Below, in pieces: positions 8,155 through 16,632 of a stretch of 64,000 nucleotides of DNA. This DNA comes from Spirochaetota bacterium (lineage in GTDB: Bacteria > Spirochaetota > UBA4802 > UBA5550): NCBI GenBank assembly GCA_035403545.1, contig DAONFJ010000011.1, positions 135 through 64,134 on the forward strand, read 5' to 3'. The position numbers and the translations under genes are program-made. Within the stretch, counting starts at the first letter, position 1, and each line of letters opens with the position of its first letter. Below the pieces are notes generated by a model. It did not search any database. It had not been told where the DNA came from and worked only from the letters and a program-made list of their open reading frames with translations.

Positions 8155-10020
8155 CTAAACTTTCAGTAAATTTAAGTTTGAGATTCCCTTTATCAAATCC
8201 TCAATATTAAACGGCTTTGCCATAAATAAATCTATGAAGCCTGTGTATCCTTTAAGATCAAGCGACCAGCCTGACAGAAGAATAGTGAGCGTATCCTCGT
8301 TTATCTCCTTTACTCTTGCCGAAAGCTCGATCCCGGTGTATCCGGAAACATCATAATCAGTTATTACAATATCATAATTCTTGCGTTTAAACTCTTCAAA
8401 AGCATCATTTCCATTATCTGTTATAAATACACGGTTTCCCATTCTTTCGAACAGATTTCCAAGAATCATCTGTAACGCCTTTTCATCTTCAACAATCATA
8501 ATATCTTTATCTTCAATATTATATTCCGGTTTGCCGTTAGTGTTATTATTATTCTCAACAATTATTCTCTGAGGAAAAATTATTTTAATGGAGTACTGAT
8601 CAACGGATTCCTCTTCAAGAATTTTCAGGTTCAGTTTTTCAGCGGCATTCCTGATTTCCGAGGGGGAAAGGCCATCAAGTGTAAAAGGAACAATATTGTC
8701 TTTATCCAAGCCATTCTGTTTGTTTACTGAAACGGTAAAATAGATAAATGACGATTTCTTCAGTTCGACCTCAATCTGTCCTTTTTTACCTGCATAAGCT
8801 GATACTTTTAAAATTGCCCAGATAAGAAGTTCTCTTACGAAACCTGTATCAGTTTTTATAACCATTTCGAAACCGGGAATTTTTTCGATGGAAAGTGTCC
8901 TTCGTCTTTTCCCTTCTTCAACCTTAAAATGAATTTTAGTAAATTCAATCGCATCATTAAGGATATTCTCGAAAGGTTCCACTCTATCTTCAGACAGATC
9001 ATTTTTATCATTAATAAAACCTAAAATTCTTCTCAGCTGATCAACCACTTCATGTACATATTGTTCAATCTGTTTAAGTCCGTCATGAACAGAATTTTTT
9101 TCCGTAATTATCTGCAAAAGCTGAGTCTGATTCAAAATTACATTAACTGTATTATTAATCGAGTGTATAAAACCTTTTCCTATATCACTTACAAGATTAA
9201 GCCTTTTAGCTGAACTCAATCTTTCTTTTAATTCCCTTACCCTTGTGATATCCTCCATGATCAGATCTATCGCAACAATTTCGCTATCTTTTAAAACCGG
9301 ATAAATTATCACATTAACGATTTTTTCGTCACCTTCCTTGCTCCGTACCTTGATTTCTCCAATTCTCTTAAACGGGATATTCCCTTTTAGTATTTCCAAA
9401 ATATGATTCTTTATTTTTTCAGAATCATACTTAAAAAGAGTGCTTATTCCCGCAGGATCTTTCGAAAGTTCATCAATACTATAACCCAGAGTCCCCTCAA
9501 AAGACCTGCTGCATCTTAAAATCTGGAGTTCTCTGCTGAATCTCATAAGCGGCAGTGGTGAAAATTCATAATGCCCTGAATTGGCGAATTCTTCATGTCT
9601 GCTGACGGAAGGCCTGTTAGCTACTCTATCTTCATCAAGGACTCTGATCTGTATCATTACATTGTGTATAATCCCGTTAACCGAAACAGGCTGCATCAGC
9701 ATTTCTACAGGAATTGCTTCATTTTCTGGTGTTTTAACCTCTACCTCACAGCTTGAAAAAGCACCGTTAAATGCCTTAACGAAAGTCTGGGCTACACATT
9801 TCTTATGTTCACTGTTAAAGACATTAGGCCAGTCGAATTTTCTCTCACCGGAATCGATTCCGAAAAACTGCATAAATGAGGTATTCGCGTATTCAAGAAT
9901 ACTTTTAGAAGTAATAATACAAGCAGGATATAGCAGATGATTGAGTATGTCGTTATTAAAAAATACGGGAGATTTTTTGTCTCCCGTATCTGTTTTATGA
10001 ATTTGAGTCATTATTTTCAA
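8155..10020 (-). CDS. PAS-domain protein with an HK-like dimerisation region, a degenerate ATPase domain and a C-terminal receiver domain
   Basis: PAS-like N-terminal repeats and an H-box-like FIHSINNTVNVILNQTQLL. The region where the N/G1/G2 boxes should sit reads LIWAILKVSAYAGKKG..VNKQNGLD and lacks NLxxNA, DxGxG and GxGLGL. The receiver looks intact: IMIVEDE, DIVITDYDV, LLSGW and AKPF. Confidence 0.7.
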   Translation of the reverse strand: MKIMTQIHKTDTGDKKSPVFFNNDILNHLLYPACIITSKSILEYANTSFMQFFGIDSGERKFDWPNVFNSEHKKCVAQTFVKAFNGAFSSCEVEVKTPENEAIPVEMLMQPVSVNGIIHNVMIQIRVLDEDRVANRPSVSRHEEFANSGHYEFSPLPLMRFSRELQILRCSRSFEGTLGYSIDELSKDPAGISTLFKYDSEKIKNHILEILKGNIPFKRIGEIKVRSKEGDEKIVNVIIYPVLKDSEIVAIDLIMEDITRVRELKERLSSAKRLNLVSDIGKGFIHSINNTVNVILNQTQLLQIITEKNSVHDGLKQIEQYVHEVVDQLRRILGFINDKNDLSEDRVEPFENILNDAIEFTKIHFKVEEGKRRRTLSIEKIPGFEMVIKTDTGFVRELLIWAILKVSAYAGKKGQIEVELKKSSFIYFTVSVNKQNGLDKDNIVPFTLDGLSPSEIRNAAEKLNLKILEEESVDQYSIKIIFPQRIIVENNNNTNGKPEYNIEDKDIMIVEDEKALQMILGNLFERMGNRVFITDNGNDAFEEFKRKNYDIVITDYDVSGYTGIELSARVKEINEDTLTILLSGWSLDLKGYTGFIDLFMAKPFNIEDLIKGISNLNLLKV

Positions 10021-10028
10021 CCTGTACC

Positions 10029-11432
10029 CTAATAAAGCGTTCTCAGGTTTACCAGTGTCTTTTCGCCTTTCTTAATTTCAACTTCTTTTTCTGCACGATC
10101 AACAATTCCTCCGTCTCCCATAAAAGCAAAATTAAGCTTATATTTACCCTGTTTCAGCTTCATCCTGCCCAATTGAAAGTTTGCCGGAAGAGTATGCCAG
10201 CACCGTAAATCAGGTTTCATCTGGGAAAACAAAGCCGCTCCAGTCCCCGCTCCCATAGCAGTACCGATAAGTCCCGAAAATGCCTTGGTAGATTCAAACT
10301 GTTCCGCCATTTTTTTAGCAGCAATACCCGCCGCAAGAGAAGCTACTGCTTTTGTAACTATTGACACTGCAACTCTTTTATAAAGTCTGCCGTAATCATC
10401 TTCCAGGTTTTTAACTACGGTAGTTTCCACATCTTCAAGCTTGGTTGTATTAATGGTTTTCCCGCCGGCATCAACCCTTACCTTATCAACCTTATTTGAT
10501 CTTTTCTGGAATTTTGGTATCGGATTTTCTGCATTACTCATAGCAACCAGGACAGCAGCAGCTGTAATTCCCGCATTAACGTTGATTGAAGAATTAAGAG
10601 AAACCCTGATAATAGGTTCCATATCAGGATCTTTCAGGAGAGGGCCTCTGGATTTTTTAATAGGAGCTCTCCCCGCCTGGAAAATAGTTACAAGTTCGCC
10701 TGATTCAGCATCTTCATTATAACTTTTTCCAAATTTGCTCTTCCATTCCTGATACTCATCATCATAATCGAGACGTTTAGATACCCTGAGAAGGTCATCT
10801 TTAACCATAGCAAGTTCAGGATTAAGTGCATACACCTGTTTATATTCTATATAGGCAAATTCAATATCCCTTGTATCGTTATCCCTTTCACCAACTATCT
10901 CAAATGCAATAGCAGTAAGATATTTAGCCATTAAATTCTGCTTATATCTCGCTTCGCCATTTTCAGTTTTAATTTTCGAAAGTTCATTATTAACTGCCAT
11001 AAATTCAACTCTGGCGTCGTCATACTTCTCCAGCATTAAAAAATTAATGCCAAGATACACGTGAACAAGCACTTTTTCGAAATCCTCACCCCGATAGTTG
11101 GAGTTGGCATCATTTGTCAGAAAGGATGCAGCCTGCTGGGTAACGCTTATAGGTATCAGCTGGGCGAGCTTTCCGGCCCTGAGCATAACCTTGTTGCTTG
11201 TTTCATAATCGCCGCTGGTATGAAGCATAAGACCGCACTCCATCATAAAAAGGAGTTCATCTTTCCCTGCATTATTAACATTAGGCAGAAGAAGTCTTGC
11301 AGCCTCACGATACTGGCCTTTGTAAAACAGATCCTCCGAAGCTTTCATTTCCTTTTCATAACTCTTCGATGAACACGATACGAAGGCAAGTATTATCAAA
11401 CCGGCTGATATTATCTGCATTATTTTTTTCAT
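10029..11432 (-). CDS. Lipoprotein with TPR-like helical repeats (hypothetical)
   Basis: Lipobox LAFVSC, a helical repeat N-terminal half and hydrophobic Ala/Gly-rich C-terminal segments. Its stop lies 8 nt upstream of the start of the 8155..10020 gene. Confidence 0.55.
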   Translation of the reverse strand: MKKIMQIISAGLIILAFVSCSSKSYEKEMKASEDLFYKGQYREAARLLLPNVNNAGKDELLFMMECGLMLHTSGDYETSNKVMLRAGKLAQLIPISVTQQAASFLTNDANSNYRGEDFEKVLVHVYLGINFLMLEKYDDARVEFMAVNNELSKIKTENGEARYKQNLMAKYLTAIAFEIVGERDNDTRDIEFAYIEYKQVYALNPELAMVKDDLLRVSKRLDYDDEYQEWKSKFGKSYNEDAESGELVTIFQAGRAPIKKSRGPLLKDPDMEPIIRVSLNSSINVNAGITAAAVLVAMSNAENPIPKFQKRSNKVDKVRVDAGGKTINTTKLEDVETTVVKNLEDDYGRLYKRVAVSIVTKAVASLAAGIAAKKMAEQFESTKAFSGLIGTAMGAGTGAALFSQMKPDLRCWHTLPANFQLGRMKLKQGKYKLNFAFMGDGGIVDRAEKEVEIKKGEKTLVNLRTLY

Positions 11433-11458
11433 AATTATCTCCGGGATTAAACAGCGGA

Positions 11459-12025
11459 TCAGAAACTGATCTTGTCAGATTTGGATGATTTTAAAAATTC
11501 CTGTTGATCCTGCCATTCTGCTACATTGGTTTTAAGGTTTATAAGTTTAAGAGTAACCTTAAGATACTGAACTTTTTTACCATTTATATATCTTACATTC
11601 TCTCTTATATCGCCGGTAAGATACATGTTCGGAGATTTCAGTTCACCTGCAGGTACTGCACTGTCAGGATCTACCATTCCGGTCATACCTTTTTCCATCT
11701 CTTTCAACGCATCTGCTTCAAGCGAGTCGTCAATAAATTTAATCCGTTTCTGGATTAATCTTGTCTGAATTTCGCTTACCATCAGATCTGTATCAATATG
11801 TTCTGATGTTTTATTCTGGAATTTTTTTACCTGGATAAATGACGGTTTTTTGTATTCATCTTTCAGAAAAACATATAGAGATGTAACCATTTTATCAACT
11901 GTGACTTTAATCTCTTTCGGACCCCACTCCATCGATCCTTCAGCTTTATTAACATCCTGATACTGTGTTCCTCCGCCGCAACCGACAAAAAACAGAAAAA
12001 GTGCAGCTGAAATAAATTTTTTCAT
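11459..12025 (-). CDS. LpoB-like (COG3417-type) penicillin-binding-protein activator lipoprotein
   Basis: Lipobox FFVGC, then a pattern resembling LpoB-family proteins: W..KEI..TVDKMV..L, ..VKKFQNKTSEHIDTDL..EIQTRL and YLTGDI. Recognised from memory. Confidence 0.55.
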   Translation of the reverse strand: MKKFISAALFLFFVGCGGGTQYQDVNKAEGSMEWGPKEIKVTVDKMVTSLYVFLKDEYKKPSFIQVKKFQNKTSEHIDTDLMVSEIQTRLIQKRIKFIDDSLEADALKEMEKGMTGMVDPDSAVPAGELKSPNMYLTGDIRENVRYINGKKVQYLKVTLKLINLKTNVAEWQDQQEFLKSSKSDKISF

Positions 12026-12187
12026 ATAGCCCCCTGATTTTTTTCCTTTAATTATTTAAATTTTTAAAAAATTAGCAAATTTACCAGCTATTGTCAATTA
12101 TTATACTGGTCTTTAAATTTTTATTAATTAAAATTCACGGTATCCTGTAATGCGGTACATAAATGAAGATGAGATGAATGCCGCATT

Positions 12188-13201
12188 TTAAAGATTCAAT
12201 ACCCTTTTTATAGTAAGCAATACCTTTTCAGATGCATCAACAGTGTCAGTATTATTTATCCTGGCAAGATAATCAAATTTATCAAGGGTATGCCGGTACA
12301 GTGTGTCATAATAATCAAGAAGAAGAATTTTTATAAACTCATCCAGGTTCCCCTGCTTATAAAATTCAATCAGTTCATCAGTTTTTTTGCTGCCGAGTTT
12401 GCTCCTCAAAGAATTAGCAATTTTCAATATTTTTTCGTCTTCGTCAAAACCGGTGTATTCCCTTCTTATGATCTCCACTCTTCTTTCAATGGACGTCTCA
12501 ATATAGATTGCAGGAGCTTCCCGCATCTGCCTGAAAATATTTTCAGGTATATGCATATTTCCTACTTTTTTTGATTCTCCTTCAAATACGATAAAGGCTT
12601 CATTTTTCAATTCTTCAAGTTTCAGCCAGAGAAGAGTCTCAAAACACTTCTGGCTGTTCTGCTTTAGCCCGATGCCTCCGAACATCGAGCTTCTGTGTCC
12701 CGCCATGCCTTCAAGATCAACGGAATTCGGGAGTAATTTTAATATCTCTGTTTTACCCGCACCGGTCAAACCCTGCAGTATAAAAATTTTAGGTTTTATT
12801 TCTACTGTGGATAATTCGTCCATTACTATCTTTCTGAATGATCTGTATCCATCAATTATTCTATAGGTCTTTATGCCCAGGGAACTTATCAGAGATGCAA
12901 CAGCCCCCGATCTCATCCCCCCTCTGGCGCAGTATATGATAATCTGCCTATCTTTTATTTCAGTAAGGGAATTTATTATATCGACAATTCTTTTCCCGCC
13001 GATCTCCGTTCCTCTTTTTACGGCATCCACCCTGCCGACCATTTTATAGAGAGTACCTACTTCTTTTCTCTCTTCATCATTGAATATAGGAAGATTTATC
13101 GCACCCGGGATATGGTCTTCATTATACTCGATCGGGGCTCTTACATCAACATAGAGAGGATTTGCTATTTTAAGTGATTCTTCAAAAGTTATATCTTCCA
13201 T
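12188..13201 (-). CDS. selU: tRNA 2-selenouridine synthase
   Basis: N-terminal rhodanese domain with active-site loop YCARGGMRSG, followed by P-loop GLTGAGKTE. Length (337 aa) and architecture are typical of SelU/MnmH. Confidence 0.85.
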   Translation of the reverse strand: MEDITFEESLKIANPLYVDVRAPIEYNEDHIPGAINLPIFNDEERKEVGTLYKMVGRVDAVKRGTEIGGKRIVDIINSLTEIKDRQIIIYCARGGMRSGAVASLISSLGIKTYRIIDGYRSFRKIVMDELSTVEIKPKIFILQGLTGAGKTEILKLLPNSVDLEGMAGHRSSMFGGIGLKQNSQKCFETLLWLKLEELKNEAFIVFEGESKKVGNMHIPENIFRQMREAPAIYIETSIERRVEIIRREYTGFDEDEKILKIANSLRSKLGSKKTDELIEFYKQGNLDEFIKILLLDYYDTLYRHTLDKFDYLARINNTDTVDASEKVLLTIKRVLNL

Positions 13202-13228
13202 ATTTTCCAGCAGTAAATTGAATTTGCC

Positions 13229-13262
13229 GCTGCAGTATAAAACTCAGCTTTTATACTGCAGC
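13229..13262. repeat. Perfect 14-bp stem hairpin / palindrome
   Basis: GCTGCAGTATAAAA, loop CTCAGC, TTTTATACTGCAGC. It lies between the Nudix stop (13317) and the selU start (13201). Confidence 0.85.
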
Positions 13263-13316
13263 AGCTCTGAAGGTCTGTTAAGGGACTACTCCGGCTAGAC
13301 CTTGTATAACCGGCCT

Positions 13317-14003
13317 TTATATCTGGGACATCGTGACTGTTACTTTTCCTGTCCGTACAAGTTCCCTCGCACCGCGGATGACAACAGACATATAAAGTTT
13401 CATTCTCTTATCAAAAATCATGGGGTGAAAATCTTTCCGGGAAAGGGATCTTCTTATAATTGTTCTGCCGTCAAATCCTTCAACGGTCATAGAACTGTCT
13501 TTCTTTAATAATGACTCAAGAAATAAAGATGGAACAGCATAGAGCCCAATGACTTCGCCGTCGTTAAAAATATAGCTGTCAAGCGGCCTCTGATCTGCGA
13601 GAAGATAAACATGCTGAAATTCTCTATGATGGTAATCATCAGTCTTATCTTCAAAACGGCAGAAACCGATATCTGCAAGTTCCGGCTCATTTACAGAGAT
13701 TCCGATCTCCTCCATTGCCTCTTTTCTTATTTTACCGGCATTCTCTTCATCCTGACCGAAAGTTACGTGACCGCCCACGGTAATATCAAGACAATCAGGA
13801 TAGAGCGCCTTATTCTTTGCACGATGCTGAAATAAAAGCTCGACATCAGCACCGGCATTACGCGCAATCCACAAGTGTACACCTTCATGAGGTGTCCCGG
13901 TCCTGTAAGACTCCCCCCTGGTAATACTTATACCGGTAGGCCTGCCGCTCTCCCAGTCCCATGCTTCAAGAAGTTCTTTGTTATTTAATATTTTGTCTTT
14001 CAT
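13317..14003 (-). CDS. NUDIX-family hydrolase
   Basis: Nudix box GGHVTFGQDEENAGKIRKEAMEEIGI. The track ORF extends to 14132, but that N-terminal extension looks non-coding, so I start at ATG 14003 (MKDKILNNKE..). Confidence 0.75.
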   Translation of the reverse strand: MKDKILNNKELLEAWDWESGRPTGISITRGESYRTGTPHEGVHLWIARNAGADVELLFQHRAKNKALYPDCLDITVGGHVTFGQDEENAGKIRKEAMEEIGISVNEPELADIGFCRFEDKTDDYHHREFQHVYLLADQRPLDSYIFNDGEVIGLYAVPSLFLESLLKKDSSMTVEGFDGRTIIRRSLSRKDFHPMIFDKRMKLYMSVVIRGARELVRTGKVTVTMSQI

Positions 14004-14170
14004 ATATAGTAAAACATGCAATAATATACGTCTTTTTTTATCAACCGAAATTAGATAATTACCGATAATATAGAATAATGCATAGGTGCATTCAGGGAGT
14101 TTTAACGGGTTCAATGAATTTACTTCTGTCAAAGTGAGCCTGTACTTTAACCATATGTGTTATACTCAAT

Positions 14171-14239
14171 GTCATTCCAGTGCGGGGGGGGGAATCCGCA
14201 ATTTTAAAAACAATGGATTCCCGCTTTTGCGAGGATGGC
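14171..14239. repeat. Palindromic intergenic element (GTCATTCC..GGAATCC / GGATTCC..) containing a G9 tract
   Basis: GGAATCC and GGATTCC form a 7-bp inverted repeat around a 17-nt AT-rich spacer. The outer arms GTCATTCCAGTGCGGGGGGGGG and CGCTTTTGCGAGGATGGC pair imperfectly. The G9 run is at 14184-14192. Confidence 0.7.
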
Positions 14240-14285
14240 AGGCTGGTTCCAAGAATTTAAAAATAATTTCGGAAAGAATAAATCA

Positions 14286-15482
14286 ATGGCAGAACATAAA
14301 ACAAATAAACTAAAGAAGCTGATATTCCCGGTTGGAATATTTCTTCTGATGTTTACTGCGGAATCTCTAATCGGGACAGCCGGAGTTGTCTCATATTTTT
14401 ATATCTCAGGCAAAAAGAATATCACCGAAATAGAAAACTATACGGTCAACTATTCTAAAACTATGGCTGAAGCATTCGCCAGAGTTGCAGAATTCAGTTA
14501 CTCAACAAAAAAATATTCTTCTCTCAAAACTCTTTTTCACGAAAAAATTGAGGAAAATACTCTTGATGAAGCATTTTTTGTCCTGCCTGACGGTAAGCTT
14601 GTTGTCCACTCCAGCACTACAGTTGAAAAAGAATTAATGGGAAATATTGCAAGTGATGAAATTGCATATAATCTTGATATGATTCTGCTGCCGGTTCAGA
14701 CAAAAAGCAGCGAACTTATTTTCAACAATTATAATATTATAAATAAAATTGTCCCTTTTAAACGGCAGGATAGAGACCTTATAAAAAAATATGTATATAA
14801 AGACTTAAACAGCACCGGCTGGCTTTTTACAAAAGGAATCTTTTATAAAGGGAAACCGGCGGGCACTGTAAATTTCATTATAAGCAAAGACCGCATTTAC
14901 AATTCTATTCAGGGATCGATTGACCAGGCAAGATATTACACGCTGCTTGTTATAACAATTTCCATGATATTATCATTTTTTATAGCATTAATTGTACTGT
15001 TCAGATATCGTTCAATACAGAAAAACGCATTAGAAGCATATACTCACGCAGAAACGCCTTCATCTGCAGATACTTATCCGGTATTGTCTGTAAAAACTGT
15101 TGAAGCTCCGGATGACCGGGATGATGTAATGTTTTTCCCGCCGGATAGTAATGTAATAGAACCGATTATGGATTACGTTATAGAAGATAGTTTTGATAAC
15201 AATATTATTGATGAGGATGGAACTATAAAATCCGCCGCCAGTCTTAGCCGTGAACCGGAAGCAGGAACTGTTATCCCGCTGAGAAAACATGAACCGTCAA
15301 CTGATGAAGAAGAATACATAACCGTGGAACTTCTGGGAGAGATCGAACCGGAAACAGAATTAAACATGGAAATACCCGAAAAAACGAAAGAGTACATAGC
15401 GCCGGTAATCAGTCTTGATGATTATAAAAATTCGTTAAATAAAGAAATCAGGGACGCAATACCAATCAGGAGAAAGAGGTAA
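14286..15482 (+). CDS. Membrane protein with two TM segments, an extracytoplasmic domain and an acidic cytoplasmic tail (sensor-like, no output domain)
   Basis: TM1 (LIFPVGIFLLMF..), about 190 aa of extracytoplasmic sequence, TM2 (YYTLLVITISMILSFFIALIVLF), then a D/E/P-rich tail. The track start 14235 lies inside the palindromic repeat, so ATG 14286 is preferred. Confidence 0.6.
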   Translation: MAEHKTNKLKKLIFPVGIFLLMFTAESLIGTAGVVSYFYISGKKNITEIENYTVNYSKTMAEAFARVAEFSYSTKKYSSLKTLFHEKIEENTLDEAFFVLPDGKLVVHSSTTVEKELMGNIASDEIAYNLDMILLPVQTKSSELIFNNYNIINKIVPFKRQDRDLIKKYVYKDLNSTGWLFTKGIFYKGKPAGTVNFIISKDRIYNSIQGSIDQARYYTLLVITISMILSFFIALIVLFRYRSIQKNALEAYTHAETPSSADTYPVLSVKTVEAPDDRDDVMFFPPDSNVIEPIMDYVIEDSFDNNIIDEDGTIKSAASLSREPEAGTVIPLRKHEPSTDEEEYITVELLGEIEPETELNMEIPEKTKEYIAPVISLDDYKNSLNKEIRDAIPIRRKR

Positions 15483-15484
15483 AA

Positions 15485-16132
15485 ATGTTTTTCATAAACC
15501 ATACCGATATTGGAGAAGGCTCTGCCGCGATTATTGAAACTGACGGCCCTCTCAACAGCGACTCTGCTCCGGACTTTGATGATTATATCAGCAAGCTTAT
15601 AAATAATAATATCATTCATCTTCTGATTGACATGAAAAATCTCAGTTTTATAAGCAGCGAAGGCATCGGCGCAACTCTGATGATCCAGAAAAGTATAAAT
15701 GAAAAAAACGGATTGGTTGTTTTTTTTAATATAAATAATGAAATTGCCTCTCTCTTTAAACTTCTCGGATTTGATACTTTATTTACAATTGCCGCAGATA
15801 GAGCTGACGCTCTTCATATACTTGACAAACATATAGAACTTTTCCCCGGTACAATAATGCCGCCTATATCAGATACATCAGATATCAGTGATGCTTTCCC
15901 TTCTGAAGAAAAATCAGTTTTTTCAGAATTTGAAGAATCAGAACCGGAATTGTTTCCTGTAATTGAAGATACAGCGAATACCCTTGAACCTTTTGTAATC
16001 GAATGTGTAAAGTGCAGATCACTTATAAGAGTAAAAGAATCAGGAGACCAGCTCTGCCCATACTGCAGCGCCGAGTTTACAGTAACTGATGAAAAAAAAG
16101 CTGTTTTTAAAATTAAAGAAATTCATTCATAA
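15485..16132 (+). CDS. STAS-domain protein fused to a C-terminal MJ0042-type zinc ribbon
   Basis: STAS core: IIHLLIDMKNLSFISSEGIGATL..LLGFDTLF. An acidic linker follows, then CVKCRSLIRVKESGDQLCPYCSAEFTV (CxxC..CxxC). A good RBS (GGAGAAAGAGG) sits upstream. Confidence 0.75.
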   Translation: MFFINHTDIGEGSAAIIETDGPLNSDSAPDFDDYISKLINNNIIHLLIDMKNLSFISSEGIGATLMIQKSINEKNGLVVFFNINNEIASLFKLLGFDTLFTIAADRADALHILDKHIELFPGTIMPPISDTSDISDAFPSEEKSVFSEFEESEPELFPVIEDTANTLEPFVIECVKCRSLIRVKESGDQLCPYCSAEFTVTDEKKAVFKIKEIHS

Positions 16133-16163
16133 AGAAAGGCATTTTTAACCTGTCCCTTTTTTC

Positions 16164-16193
16164 TTGACTAAATCTGTACATAATTGATACATT
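16164..16193 (+). promoter_or_regulatory. Candidate sigma-70-type promoter upstream of queF
   Basis: TTGACT (16164-16169), 18 nt, TACATT (16188-16193). Confidence 0.3.
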
Positions 16194-16223
16194 ATTAACA
16201 GAATCATTATCAGGAGTATTACT

Positions 16224-16631
16224 ATGCCGTTAGCAGAAGGAAAAACTTTTACCTTTGATGACCAAAGCCATATAGCAGCAGAATTTCTTGAAAGTATAGA
16301 ATACTCCGGAAATCCTCAAAGAATTAAATATGAGACCGGCGAGTTCAGTGCGGTATGCCCATTTTCCGGTCTCCCGGATATAGCAACCGTAGAAATTGAA
16401 TATATTCCCTCCGGCAAAATCATTGAACTTAAATCACTCAAATATTATTTTACATCTTACAGGAATGTGGGGATTTACCAGGAGGCTGCAACTGACAGAA
16501 TTTATAATGATATATGGAACTGCATCAAGCCTGCTTTTCTCTCAATAAAAACTGTGTATAATCTAAGAGGCGGAATTCTCGCTACATGCGTAATGGATTC
16601 AAACATAATTAATGAGAAGGGAAAAAAATAA
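16224..16631 (+). CDS. queF: NADPH-dependent 7-cyano-7-deazaguanine (preQ0) reductase, type I
   Basis: EFSAVCPFSGLPD (catalytic Cys context) and IELKSLKYYFTSYRN (QueF motif). 135 aa. Confidence 0.85.
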   Translation: MPLAEGKTFTFDDQSHIAAEFLESIEYSGNPQRIKYETGEFSAVCPFSGLPDIATVEIEYIPSGKIIELKSLKYYFTSYRNVGIYQEAATDRIYNDIWNCIKPAFLSIKTVYNLRGGILATCVMDSNIINEKGKK

Positions 16632-16632
16632 A

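Noticed and set aside
14004-14132. 43-aa N-terminal extension of the Nudix ORF
   Set aside because: The extension has a non-protein-like composition, and an internal ATG gives a normal Nudix N-terminus.
16133-16223. preQ1 riboswitch upstream of queF
   Set aside because: There is no hairpin plus A-rich tail resembling the preQ1-I/II consensus. The spacer is only 90 nt and looks like a plain promoter.
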